Source: Emticicia sp. (lineage in GTDB: Bacteria > Bacteroidota > Bacteroidia > Cytophagales > Spirosomataceae). From it: a stretch of 64,000 nt of DNA. Both the position numbers and the translations under genes were made by a program. The stretch's first letter is position 1; each line of letters starts with the position of its first letter. Positions 1 through 8,767 of the stretch are shown here, piece by piece. Under the pieces are notes generated by a model that saw nothing but the letters and a program-made list of their open reading frames with translations, had not been told where the DNA came from and did not search any database. The stretch spans positions 548 through 64,547 of the forward strand of contig NZ_JAYWCU010000173.1 in NCBI RefSeq assembly GCF_043780375.1. The letters run 5' to 3'.

Positions 1-1
1 C

Positions 2-45
2 CCTGCAAGGTCTAAAAAAAGACGGGGTCGCCCAGACCTTGCAGG
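2..45. repeat. REP-like palindrome downstream of rpoN
   Basis: Perfect 12-bp arms cctgcaaggtct (2-13) and agaccttgcagg (34-45) around a 20-nt loop. Confidence 0.7.
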
Positions 46-70
46 TTTCAATTTCTGTTATCAAAACATC

Positions 71-1555
71 TTACAACTGCTTTCTTAAACGAGCCACTGG
101 AATATTGAGTTGTTCACGGTATTTGGCAACCGTACGACGAGCAATATTATAACCACGATTATTGAGCATTTTTTCTAATTTATCGTCAGATAGTGGCGAA
201 TTTTTAGGCTCATTTTCTATCAATTCTTTCAAGATATTTTTCACTTCACGGCTCGAAGCATCTTCTCCTGAATCTGTCGCAATTCCTTCCGAGAAGAAAT
301 ATTTCAATGGATAAATACCAAAATCGGCTTGCACAGACTTGCTATTGGCTACACGAGAAACCGTTGAGATATCCATTTCAATACGATTGGCAATATCTTT
401 CAAAATCATTGGTCGTAACCTTGATTCATCTCCGTCTAAGAAGAATTCATGTTGGTATTCCACAATCGACTTCATAGTTTTCAAAAGCGTCTGTTGGCGT
501 TGCTTAATGGCATCAATAAACCATTTGGCAGCATCTAATTTTTGCTTTACAAAAGTTACAGTTTCCTTAATGCTTTTATGTTGAGCCGAACCATTTTTGT
601 CAGTTTTGTCGTAAGTATCAAGCATTTCGGCAAAAGAACGACTTACACGAAGTTCGGGGGCATTTTTAGAATTCAGAATAACATCTAACTTGCCATTGTT
701 ATTTGTTACGATAAAATCAGCCATCAAATATGCGGCTGTGCTATCACCGTTACCAATATTACCGGGTTTTGGATTGAGACGAGTAATCACTTTTATTGCA
801 GATTTTATACCTTCATCATCAATATCTAATCGACGTTGAATTTTTTCGTAGTGTTTTTTTGTAAATTCATCAAAGAAGTTTTCAATAATTTTTACTGCTG
901 TTTCAACCGCTATGTCTCCTTGGTCTTTACGTTCGAGTTGCAGTAACAAACATTCTCTTAAATCTCTTGCTCCAATACCTGCTGGCTCAAAAGTTTGAAC
1001 TTTTTTCAGAAGACCAATCAGTTCGTCTTCGCTGGTATAAATATTTTGTGTAAAAGCTAAATCATTACAAATAGAGCGAAGCGGACGGCGGATATAACCA
1101 TCTTCCTCAATACTACCTATCAATTGCATCCCTATTGTTTCTTGGCGAACATCAAGGCGTAAAAAACCTAATTGTTGTACCAAAGATTCGGCTAAAGTAT
1201 TGGTCGCAATAACAGGCATTATATCTCGGTCATCATCGCCCCAACCATCGCCTTGCATTTTATAGCCCGCATAGTCATCTTGGTTCAAGTATTGCTTTAC
1301 GTCAAGACCTTCATAGGTTTCGTATTCACTATACTCACTATAATCATCATGTTGACTATCTCCGTCATAATCATCATACTCATCTTTCACACGCTCATCT
1401 ATATCCATGCCTTCCTCTAAAGCAGGGTTCACCTCAAGTTCTTCCTCGATTCTCTGGTCAAGCTCGGCAGATGGAATTTGTAACAGTTTTATAAACTGAA
1501 TCTGCTGAGGGGACAGCCGCTGCTGTAGTGATTGGTTAAGACTTAATTTTTGCAT
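71..1555 (-). CDS. rpoN: RNA polymerase sigma-54 factor
   Basis: Q/L-rich region I (MQKLSLNQSLQQRLSPQQIQ), HTH (DISTVSRV), RpoN box ARRTVAKYRE. Confidence 0.98.
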   Translation of the reverse strand: MQKLSLNQSLQQRLSPQQIQFIKLLQIPSAELDQRIEEELEVNPALEEGMDIDERVKDEYDDYDGDSQHDDYSEYSEYETYEGLDVKQYLNQDDYAGYKMQGDGWGDDDRDIMPVIATNTLAESLVQQLGFLRLDVRQETIGMQLIGSIEEDGYIRRPLRSICNDLAFTQNIYTSEDELIGLLKKVQTFEPAGIGARDLRECLLLQLERKDQGDIAVETAVKIIENFFDEFTKKHYEKIQRRLDIDDEGIKSAIKVITRLNPKPGNIGNGDSTAAYLMADFIVTNNNGKLDVILNSKNAPELRVSRSFAEMLDTYDKTDKNGSAQHKSIKETVTFVKQKLDAAKWFIDAIKQRQQTLLKTMKSIVEYQHEFFLDGDESRLRPMILKDIANRIEMDISTVSRVANSKSVQADFGIYPLKYFFSEGIATDSGEDASSREVKNILKELIENEPKNSPLSDDKLEKMLNNRGYNIARRTVAKYREQLNIPVARLRKQL

Positions 1556-1606
1556 TGTTTAAGTAGAGTTATTTCATTCATAATAGGGATCTTTATCAAC
1601 CCCTCC

Positions 1607-1622
1607 ACATTTTTCGTGCCAA
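1607..1622 (-). promoter_or_regulatory. sigma-54-type -24/-12 site upstream of rpoN
   Basis: Minus strand reads TTGGCACGAAAAATGT: perfect TGGCACG and GG-N10-GT spacing, 52 nt before the ATG. Confidence 0.55.
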
Positions 1623-1913
1623 TTGAAACATCTTGCGTAAATAAAGTAAAATGTTTTTTTTCTAACTGCCAAATATTTTACGGAAATAAATATGAAAAAT
1701 AAAATGATATTCTAATAAACAACTGATAATAAACACTTTAACTGTTTTTTATAAGTTTTTATTTTTCTGTATTATACAGACAATAATATCTGAAAAAAAG
1801 TAAAAGGGTAGAAAATAAATACTCAAAAATATTTTTCAATATTTGAGAAAAATGGGAAGTAAAAAGATTTGTATGTTGGCTCACATCAGCCTTCTTTTTA
1901 AGGATTAGGCAAC

Positions 1914-1941
1914 AAAAAAGTAGCAGTGTAAAGCTGCTACT
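1914..1941 (-). terminator. Intrinsic terminator on the minus strand
   Basis: AGTAGCAG-ctttaca-CTGCTACT followed by a T run on the minus strand. Confidence 0.7.
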
Positions 1942-2060
1942 CAATCAGTAAAATGATTTGATTTTAGTGTTTTTTAACTTTTGCTTTTGAATTGCAATAG
2001 TCAAAATAGGTAGGTGTTGAACATCCGCCGAAGCGAAAAAATGGTATAGGTTGAATAAGG
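1914..2060 (-). ncRNA. Candidate small RNA or attenuated leader containing the micro-ORF MFNTYLF
   Basis: Bounded by a TATATTTG promoter (2073-2066) and the terminator at 1914-1941; two internal hairpins; no long ORF. Confidence 0.35.
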
Positions 2061-2065
2061 TGATG

Positions 2066-2073
2066 CAAATATA
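2066..2073 (-). promoter_or_regulatory. Bacteroidota housekeeping promoter -7 element
   Basis: TATATTTG on the minus strand matches TAnnTTTG. Confidence 0.55.
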
Positions 2074-2295
2074 GTACATTTCTTTGAAAAAATATAATAC
2101 TACAAAGTAATTTTAAAAAAACATTAATTCATTAGAAAAATTTGACATCAGACATTCGGCAAAACTTCAATCCAAATGAAACGAAAATATATACTAATAA
2201 ACTCCATTTGCCTGTAACTAATTGATTATCAATTGTATTCATAAATCTGAAATCGCAAATCATATAATCACTTTAGTATGTTTTGCAAAAATCAC

Positions 2296-2303
2296 TAACT
2301 TTG
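2296..2303 (+). promoter_or_regulatory. -7 promoter element of murB
   Basis: TAACTTTG, 30 nt before the ATG. Confidence 0.65.
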
Positions 2304-2333
2304 GGGTGTTATTTCTAACAAAACCATTGCCCA

Positions 2334-3350
2334 ATGACAGTTCAAACAAACGTGCAGCTAAAACCTTTCAATACTTTTGGAATCGAAGCTAAAGCTAAAT
2401 ATTTTGTAGAAATTTCGACCATAGTCGAACTTCAAAACATCTTACAAAATCCTGATTATCAAGGTATTGAGCGACTGATTTTAGGCGGAGGAAGTAACTT
2501 GCTTCTAACAAAAGATTTTGATGGATTGGTCATAAAAATCAACATTAAAGGCTTTGAAGTTGTGAAAGAAAACGACGAAAATATTTGGATAAAGTCGGGA
2601 GCTGGCGTTGCATGGCATGATTTGGTGATTCACTGTGTGAACCAAAATTATGCAGGAATAGAAAATCTTTCACTTATTCCTGGCACTGTCGGAGCAGCTC
2701 CTATGCAAAACATTGGTGCGTATGGCATCGAAATAAAAGATGTTTTTGAGGACCTTGAGGCTATTGAGATAGCAACAGGCAAAACCAAGATATTCGATCA
2801 ACAAATTTGTAACTTTGGCTACCGAGAAAGTATTTTCAAACACGAAGCCAAAGGAAAATATATTATTCTGAACGTAACATTTAAATTAAACAAAAAGCCA
2901 ACGTTTTATGTAGAGTATGGGGCGATAAAAGATACGCTTGCCGAAATGGGCATTACTGAGTTAAGTATAAAGGCCATTAGTGACGCCGTAATTCATATTC
3001 GCCAAAGTAAATTGCCAAATCCTGCCGAAATTGGCAATGCGGGTAGCTTTTTCAAAAACCCTGAGATTCAGAAAACACAATTTGAAATACTGAAAGCACA
3101 ATTTCCAACAATTCCTTCCTATCCTGTTAGCGAAACAACAACTAAAGTTCCTGCAGGCTGGCTCATCGAGCAAGCTGGCTGGAAAGGACAACGCTTTGGC
3201 AATGTGGGTGTTCACGCCAAACAAGCCTTAGTGCTGGTCAATTATGGCGGCGGAAAAGGTGAAGAAATCAAGATATTATCTCAGAAAATTCAAGTTTCGG
3301 TCAAAGAAAAGTTTGGCATTCAACTTTCGGCTGAAGTCAATTTTGTTTGA
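2334..3350 (+). CDS. murB: UDP-N-acetylmuramate dehydrogenase
   Basis: LGGGSNLL, IPGTVGAAPMQNIGAYG, GNAGSFFKNP, HAKQALVLVN motifs. Confidence 0.97.
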   Translation: MTVQTNVQLKPFNTFGIEAKAKYFVEISTIVELQNILQNPDYQGIERLILGGGSNLLLTKDFDGLVIKINIKGFEVVKENDENIWIKSGAGVAWHDLVIHCVNQNYAGIENLSLIPGTVGAAPMQNIGAYGIEIKDVFEDLEAIEIATGKTKIFDQQICNFGYRESIFKHEAKGKYIILNVTFKLNKKPTFYVEYGAIKDTLAEMGITELSIKAISDAVIHIRQSKLPNPAEIGNAGSFFKNPEIQKTQFEILKAQFPTIPSYPVSETTTKVPAGWLIEQAGWKGQRFGNVGVHAKQALVLVNYGGGKGEEIKILSQKIQVSVKEKFGIQLSAEVNFV

Positions 3351-3441
3351 TTAATAAAATATTTTTCACAATATAACCTATTGATAATCAGTAGATTATG
3401 TTGTGAAACTTTTGACTATTTAAAAAAAGATTTCTTATAAA

Positions 3442-3469
3442 GCAACCTTCTTTGCTACTTCTTGCATCT
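3442..3469 (+). promoter_or_regulatory. Possible ECF-sigma promoter
   Basis: GCAACC-N16-GCATCT resembles the AAC/(CG|CA)TCT pattern of ECF promoters. Confidence 0.35.
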
Positions 3470-3521
3470 TCATTATGTAAAGCAAATTTTCAAAAACGCT
3501 GCAGCAGTTTTTCAAATATAG

Positions 3522-3548
3522 CTCAATAGAAATGGCATTTCTATTGAG
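3522..3548 (+). promoter_or_regulatory. 13-bp perfect inverted repeat overlapping a sigma-54-type site
   Basis: ctcaatagaaatg-g-catttctattgag; contains ATGGCATTTCTATTGA (3532-3547, GG-N10-GA). Confidence 0.55.
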
Positions 3549-3586
3549 AATAAAATACCAATCACTCACATTTAATTTAAAAAATT

Positions 3587-4276
3587 ATGAAAACGCTTGT
3601 AAAAACAATCGCTGCTTTAGCTGTGGCTATTACAATAAATTTTGGTGCTGTTGCACAAGACGAAGACACAGATTACACCCATGTTTCGGTCAAAAAACGT
3701 AACATGTTTTCTCGAAAAGACTTTGGTTTGTACGTAGGTTTGAATAATTACGAGTCTAAAACTCTACCAGAATTAGACAACCTTAATTCAAGATATGTAG
3801 CTTTGAATTGGAGAAAAAATCATCGTTTAATCACAGGAAATAATGTAGATGTTGCTCTTGGAACTGGTTTTGAATTTGCGTGGAACAATTTTATGCTGAA
3901 AGACAATATTGTTTTGAAAAACCAAACCAACGGTGCAACTTTTATCGATGCTAAAGAAAATTTGAGCAAATCGAAATTGGTCGTGACAAACTTTAACATT
4001 CCTTTGATGTTGCAATTTGGATTCAAAGAAAGCCATTGGAAATTAGGTTTGGGAGCGTATGGCGGTGCAAGAATTGACAGTTATATGAAAACTGTGGGCG
4101 AAAATGGCAAAAAACGTAACCACGGTACCTATAACTTAAATAAATTTCACTATGGACTTGCCGCAGAATTAGGACGAAACAACTTTGCTTTCTTTGCTCG
4201 CTACGAAAAAACTCCCATGTTTCAAGACAAAAACCCTATCAATGGGAATACCATTATGTTTGGAATTCGTTTATAA
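3587..4276 (+). CDS. Outer-membrane beta-barrel protein (PorT-like, small barrel)
   Basis: Signal peptide ending AVA|Q, amphipathic strands (FGLYVGLN, FNIPLMLQF, LGLGAYGG), terminal FGIRL. Confidence 0.75.
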   Translation: MKTLVKTIAALAVAITINFGAVAQDEDTDYTHVSVKKRNMFSRKDFGLYVGLNNYESKTLPELDNLNSRYVALNWRKNHRLITGNNVDVALGTGFEFAWNNFMLKDNIVLKNQTNGATFIDAKENLSKSKLVVTNFNIPLMLQFGFKESHWKLGLGAYGGARIDSYMKTVGENGKKRNHGTYNLNKFHYGLAAELGRNNFAFFARYEKTPMFQDKNPINGNTIMFGIRL

Positions 4277-4300
4277 AAAAATGTGGTACATATATTTTTT

Positions 4301-4336
4301 ACTTGTAGGTGTTCAAAACTTTGAACACCTACAAGT
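4301..4336. repeat. REP-like palindrome
   Basis: Perfect 17-bp arms acttgtaggtgttcaaa and tttgaacacctacaagt with a 2-nt loop. Confidence 0.8.
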
Positions 4337-4342
4337 ATTTTT

Positions 4343-4612
4343 TCAAATCTTCCAAAAGTCATTCAAAAGTCAAATCCAAAATACAGTAATAGTTTCGTGA
4401 TAACCACTCGAATCGGTATTCGTTCCACCACTGGCTTCATTGTAGGTGCGAATGCCTACTTGCATTTGGGCGAGGGCTTCATCATAATCAAAGTTAGCCA
4501 CATGCCAAAGTTCACTAATCAAATGGGCTTCGTGAGTTCATTCTTTAGGTGAAAGTGTTTTGGCTCTAAAGCCATCAACAATATGCTCGAATTCTTTGTT
4601 GAGTAGAGGAGA
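4343..4612 (-). pseudogene. Degraded gene of an uncharacterised family with a (W)THxAHL...GYHETIT.FW motif
   Basis: Manual translation: SPLLNKEFEHIVDGFRAKTLSPKE*THEAHLISELWHVANFDYDEALAQMQVGIRTYNEASGGTNTDSSGYHETITVFWI*LLNDFWKI*. In-frame TGA at 4540-4538 and 4372-4370; no start codon; 3' end abuts the palindrome. Confidence 0.75.
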
Positions 4613-4721
4613 TTAAATAACTCTCGTGGCAAATTTTATTCTGTTTTTTTAAGCAAAAGAATAAAAATGCTGTGAAAATTAAAATATTATTTTGTTGCGT
4701 ATTTTAACCTCAATATTATCA

Positions 4722-4729
4722 TATATTTG
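4722..4729 (+). promoter_or_regulatory. -7 promoter element of the DoxX-like gene
   Basis: TATATTTG, 23 nt before the ATG. Confidence 0.65.
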
Positions 4730-4752
4730 TCGAAAACTAAACCTTAAAAACA

Positions 4753-5166
4753 ATGCATATTTTCGACCATACCCTACTCAAAATCCTTCAAGTAACCATT
4801 TCGCTTTTTGCGGGAGTACTTTTCTTACAATCAGGCTTTGACAAAGTCTTTGATTTTAAAGGAAATAAACACTATATTCAGAGTGTTTTTGCCAAAACCA
4901 TTTTCAAATCTTTTTCGGGTATTTTGTTTATAATTATTACGATTTTGGAAATTTTAGCAGGGATATTAGCATTTTTTGGCGGAGTTTTTTATTTTTTTGA
5001 AGGACAAGCTGACTTTGCTATTTTGGGCTTGGAACTTTCTCTTATTTCTATTCTTTGTCTTTTTACAGGTCAACGCATTGCCAAAGACTACGCAGGAGCT
5101 GCTTCGTTGGTAGCTTACTTTTTGTTGATAGCTTTCGGACTTTATTTGTTTGCTTTGGTAGGGTAA
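4753..5166 (+). CDS. DoxX family membrane protein
   Basis: Four hydrophobic segments, FLQSGFDKV and LEILAG motifs. Confidence 0.75.
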   Translation: MHIFDHTLLKILQVTISLFAGVLFLQSGFDKVFDFKGNKHYIQSVFAKTIFKSFSGILFIIITILEILAGILAFFGGVFYFFEGQADFAILGLELSLISILCLFTGQRIAKDYAGAASLVAYFLLIAFGLYLFALVG

Positions 5167-5173
5167 AACGCTG

Positions 5174-5241
5174 CCTTCGACTGCTTCGGTAGCCCGATTG
5201 GCTTAGGTAAATTTTTTCGGTAGGTGAGCGGAGTTGAAACC
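5174..5241. repeat. Degenerate REP-like element (cttcgact...gagcggagttgaa type)
   Basis: ccttcgact (5174) can pair with gagttgaaacc; resembles the recurrent Bacteroidota cttcgactccgctcag...ctgagcggagtcgaag element; lies between convergent genes. Confidence 0.4.
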
Positions 5242-5252
5242 ATTATAAAACA

Positions 5253-7040
5253 TCAAAACCACTCGCTCCGCATTTCAATCGTTACACTATCGGCACTTTG
5301 TAAACGTTTTACTAAAGAACCAACTTTTACTAATTCGTACTCATAAAAATACCTCATTGTCATCAATTTTCCTTGATAAAAATCTTGGTCTGCTTCATGA
5401 GCCGTTGCTAAATTTTGCTTTGCCACTACCGACTGACGCAACCATTGCCACGCAATGGTGATGATGCCAAACATTTCTAAATAAAGTGTTGCATCAGCCA
5501 AATATTTCTCTACTTCGCCTTTGCCAGCCAAACCTAACAAATAGCTAGTTGCTTGCTGAGCTCTGCCCAATGATTTTTGCAGTTTTTCACTAAATGGCTG
5601 TAAGTCAGATATTTGAGAAGCATCAACCAATGTTTTAGAAACTTCTCCAAAGAAAATCTGTGTTGCTTTACCATTTTGAATCGTGATTTTTCTGCCCAAT
5701 AAATCAAGTCCATGAATACCAGTTGTTCCTTCATGAATCGGGTGAATACGAGCCTCACGATAATATTGCTCCACAGGAAAATCAGTTGTATAACCTGCTC
5801 CACCCAAAATCTGTACCGCCGCACTTGTTGAAAGGCAACACATTTCGGAAGGATATGATTTGGCAATAGGCGTGAGCAAATCAAGCAATAAATTAGCTCG
5901 TTCTTTAGCTTCTCCTTCTTCAACATGAATCAAATCTGATAATTTACTACAGTACAAAAGCAAAGCCAACGAACCCTCAACTACTGATTTTTGAAACAAC
6001 AACATTCGCTTCACATCGGCATGATTGATGATGCTAATTTGAGGTTTATTTGGGTCTTTTTCAGAAATCTTTCTGCCTTGCGGACGCTCTTTTGCATAAG
6101 CCAACGAAGCATAATAAGCTGCCGTTCCAATAGCCGTTGCGTTCATTCCTACGCCAATACGAGCTTCATTCATCATCTGGAACATATAACTCAAACCCTT
6201 GTGCGGCTCGCCAAGCAAATACCCCAAGCAATCATCATTTGAGCCAACCATCAAATGAGCAATCGGAGCCCCTTTATAACCCATTTTATGATAAACGCCT
6301 GCTGTCAAAACATCGTTACTTTCCAAGCTTCCATTTCGAATTCTTCTTTGAGGAACTACAAACAACGAAATTCCTTTAATGCCTATCGGCCCGCCTTTGA
6401 TTTTTGCCAACATCAAATGCACCACATTTTCACACATATCGTGGTCGCCACACGAAATATATATTTTTTGTCCTTTTATCTTGAAAATATGCTCGTTTTC
6501 GGTCGGTTCGGCAGAAGTAGTGATATCCGAAAGAGAACTCCCTGCATCTGGTTCGGTCAATGCCATTGTGCCTTGCCATTCGCCTTTATACATTTTTGGC
6601 GTGAATGTTTCGACCAATGTCGATGAACCAAACGTGCGAATCAAGTTAGCTGCACCCGTTGTAAGAAAAGGGTAAACACTTGCCGAATAATTGGCAGCTT
6701 GGAAGATAAACGCTGCGGCATTGAGCACCGTAGCTGGAATTTGCTGCCCACCTTCTTCATAGCTGAATGACGCATTTATCCACCCATCTTCACCAAATTT
6801 TTTGATGATTGCCTTCATTCCTGCATGAACTCTAATTTTTCCATCAACCAATTGCGGTTCATTTCTATCCATTTCGGTCAAGAGCGGACGAAGCATTTTT
6901 TCGGAAATCTGTTCTGCAGCATCAAGCACCATTTCGAAAGACTCTCGATTATGATCTTGAAAATAAGAATACTGCGTAAGTGACTCACTATCAAGTATTT
7001 CAAATAATTGGAAATGTAAATCTCGTTTTGAAAAAAACAT
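5253..7040 (-). CDS. Acyl-CoA dehydrogenase
   Basis: GTMALTEPDAGS, IKGQKIYIS, MFQMMNEARIGVG, QILGGAGY, IHEGTTGIHGLDLLGRK. Start moved from 7100 to the ATG at 7040 (MFFSKRDL). Confidence 0.93.
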   Translation of the reverse strand: MFFSKRDLHFQLFEILDSESLTQYSYFQDHNRESFEMVLDAAEQISEKMLRPLLTEMDRNEPQLVDGKIRVHAGMKAIIKKFGEDGWINASFSYEEGGQQIPATVLNAAAFIFQAANYSASVYPFLTTGAANLIRTFGSSTLVETFTPKMYKGEWQGTMALTEPDAGSSLSDITTSAEPTENEHIFKIKGQKIYISCGDHDMCENVVHLMLAKIKGGPIGIKGISLFVVPQRRIRNGSLESNDVLTAGVYHKMGYKGAPIAHLMVGSNDDCLGYLLGEPHKGLSYMFQMMNEARIGVGMNATAIGTAAYYASLAYAKERPQGRKISEKDPNKPQISIINHADVKRMLLFQKSVVEGSLALLLYCSKLSDLIHVEEGEAKERANLLLDLLTPIAKSYPSEMCCLSTSAAVQILGGAGYTTDFPVEQYYREARIHPIHEGTTGIHGLDLLGRKITIQNGKATQIFFGEVSKTLVDASQISDLQPFSEKLQKSLGRAQQATSYLLGLAGKGEVEKYLADATLYLEMFGIITIAWQWLRQSVVAKQNLATAHEADQDFYQGKLMTMRYFYEYELVKVGSLVKRLQSADSVTIEMRSEWF

Positions 7041-7119
7041 ATTTTCAGGTTGAATTTTATTTTTGATGAAGATATTTTCACTGATAACCACTTCTCCCAT
7101 CCAACGGGTTTCGCCGCCT

Positions 7120-7767
7120 TCAAAGGGAGATTTTTGGGTCTTTTAAACTTCTATAATTATAGGCTATCCACACAACCGACACCACAGCCACGCCCAAAAT
7201 TCCTCCTGCAAAAACGTCTCTTGGGAAATGTTGAAAAAGATACATGCGTGAATAACCCACCAAAATTGCTACGAAAAGGCTGAAAAAACCCCATTTTGGT
7301 TGCTTCAAAATTAGTAAAACGAAACTTGCAAAAGCAAAAGCGGTAATAGTATGTCCCGATGGGAAACTCTGCCAATGATGTATTTCTACGCCTTTTACTA
7401 AATGAATATCTCGTCCCGTATTTTGATAAACCTCCATGGGGCGAGGCAAATTAAATATTTTTTTCAGCGAAACCGAAACAAAAACCTTTGCCAACCATAC
7501 CACTAAAAGGAGTTTTATTTTACCCAATTTATCTTTTTTCAATATATAGTTTGAAAAAAAAAGTGCGACGAATAACCCTAACCAAACATAATCATCTCCC
7601 AAAAATGTTATGTATTTAAAAACCACATCAAAGAAGTCGTTATGGTGTTGATTTACCCAAAACATCAAATCATTTGTAAAATAAAAAATCTGTAATAATG
7701 CCCCTACGATGACCCAAAGCAAAAAAACAACAAAAAATGAGCGGTTATTAATAAGTATTTTAAGCAT
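7120..7767 (-). CDS. PAP2-family lipid phosphatase
   Basis: KKIFNLPRP, SFPSGH, SRMYLFQHFPRDV catalytic motifs plus TM helices. Confidence 0.92.
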   Translation of the reverse strand: MLKILINNRSFFVVFLLWVIVGALLQIFYFTNDLMFWVNQHHNDFFDVVFKYITFLGDDYVWLGLFVALFFSNYILKKDKLGKIKLLLVVWLAKVFVSVSLKKIFNLPRPMEVYQNTGRDIHLVKGVEIHHWQSFPSGHTITAFAFASFVLLILKQPKWGFFSLFVAILVGYSRMYLFQHFPRDVFAGGILGVAVVSVVWIAYNYRSLKDPKISL

Positions 7768-7792
7768 TTTCTCTAAGAAACTTTCGTAATTC

Positions 7793-7812
7793 CAAAATTA
7801 GCCGTAAATTTG
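7793..7812. promoter_or_regulatory. Back-to-back divergent -7 promoter elements
   Basis: TAATTTTG on the minus strand (7800-7793) and TAAATTTG on the plus strand (7805-7812), 4 bp apart. Confidence 0.6.
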
Positions 7813-7830
7813 CAACCTTTCTGTGAAAAC

Positions 7831-8373
7831 GTGAGCAAGATACTATCAAAATATGACATTCACATTCAAGGACTCGAAGATAAGCGTTATACGCTTGATT
7901 TCGAGGGAGAGAATGCTTTTTTCGAGGCTTTCGAGCAAGACCTTATCACAAAAGGTTATTTCAAAGCGGTCGTAAAACTCAATAAAAATTCTTCTTTTAT
8001 ACAGTTGGATTTTGAGATTACGGGCGTTGTTGAACTGATGTGCGACCGAAGTCTTGAATTATTTGATGAGCCAATTCAGACTTTTGACAAATATATTTAT
8101 AAATTTGGCGACCGTTATGAAGAAATCACCGACGAACTCGAAATGATTCCTCATGGTGCGGCAACTATAAATATTGCCCAACATATTTATGATTTTATTG
8201 CCATCACAATACCTATGAAAAGACTTCATCCAAGATTTAGAGATGAAGAGTTTGATGAAGATGGTTTATTACTTTACTCGACTGATAAAGAAACGGTTGA
8301 AGAAAAAGCACAAGAAATTGACCCTCGTTGGGCAGCTCTTGGAAAATTGAAAATTGAGAACGGTTCGCAATAG
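7831..8373 (+). CDS. yceD: YceD/DUF177 family protein
   Basis: CDRSLE, IPMKRLHP, IDPRWAALGKL; sits before rpmF. Start moved to the GTG at 7831 because the TTG at 7810 lies inside the promoter. Confidence 0.88.
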   Translation: MSKILSKYDIHIQGLEDKRYTLDFEGENAFFEAFEQDLITKGYFKAVVKLNKNSSFIQLDFEITGVVELMCDRSLELFDEPIQTFDKYIYKFGDRYEEITDELEMIPHGAATINIAQHIYDFIAITIPMKRLHPRFRDEEFDEDGLLLYSTDKETVEEKAQEIDPRWAALGKLKIENGSQ

Positions 8374-8448
8374 CGATTAAGTGCGTAACGCAACCAATTC
8401 CTTTTATATTTATAAAAATTGTTACATAGTTAATTGTTAAATTGAAAA

Positions 8449-8640
8449 ATGGCACATCCTAAAAGAAGACATTCGACAAGTAGAAGAGATAAGCGTAGAA
8501 CGCACGATTCTTTATCAACCAAAGCATTATCGGTAGATGCAACAACAGGCGAAATTCACGTTCGTCATCGTGCCCACGTATTTGAAGGTAATTTGTTTTA
8601 CAAAGGCAAATTAGTTGCAGAAGGCTACCAAAAGGTTTAA
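8449..8640 (+). CDS. rpmF: 50S ribosomal protein L32 (Cys-free form)
   Basis: MAHPKRRHSTSRRDKRRTH; no zinc-ribbon cysteines. Confidence 0.97.
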   Translation: MAHPKRRHSTSRRDKRRTHDSLSTKALSVDATTGEIHVRHRAHVFEGNLFYKGKLVAEGYQKV

Positions 8641-8767
8641 AGTTTAATGCTTGCGATTGGTTACTGGTTACTTTAATTTGTATGTATTTTGGTTCAAAAA
8701 AACCAATTTACAGATACCAGTAGCTAATACCCAAAAACAAATATTTACTCACCAAAGAGATTGCTTT

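Noticed and set aside
1759-1944. 61-aa minus-strand ORF upstream of rpoN
   Set aside because: It has a TTG start, runs through the terminator hairpin and low-complexity AT-rich DNA, and shows no motif
4185-4400. 71-aa ORF spanning the OMP 3' end and the palindrome
   Set aside because: It overlaps the OMP gene out of frame, the REP-like element and the pseudogene, with no coding features
4370-4540. TGA-to-Trp recoding (genetic code 4) or selenocysteine read-through
   Set aside because: TGA is the normal stop for murB, moaD, GDPD and others in this window; the fragment also lacks a start codon and its normal 3' end
7810-7830. TTG start of yceD, and the N-terminal extensions given for plsX, ACAD, hsp20, TSUP (38121), TBDR (55840) and T9SS cargo (60825)
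   Set aside because: The extensions overlap promoters, terminators or neighbouring genes and lack family similarity; downstream ATG/GTG codons have the A-rich context expected in Bacteroidota
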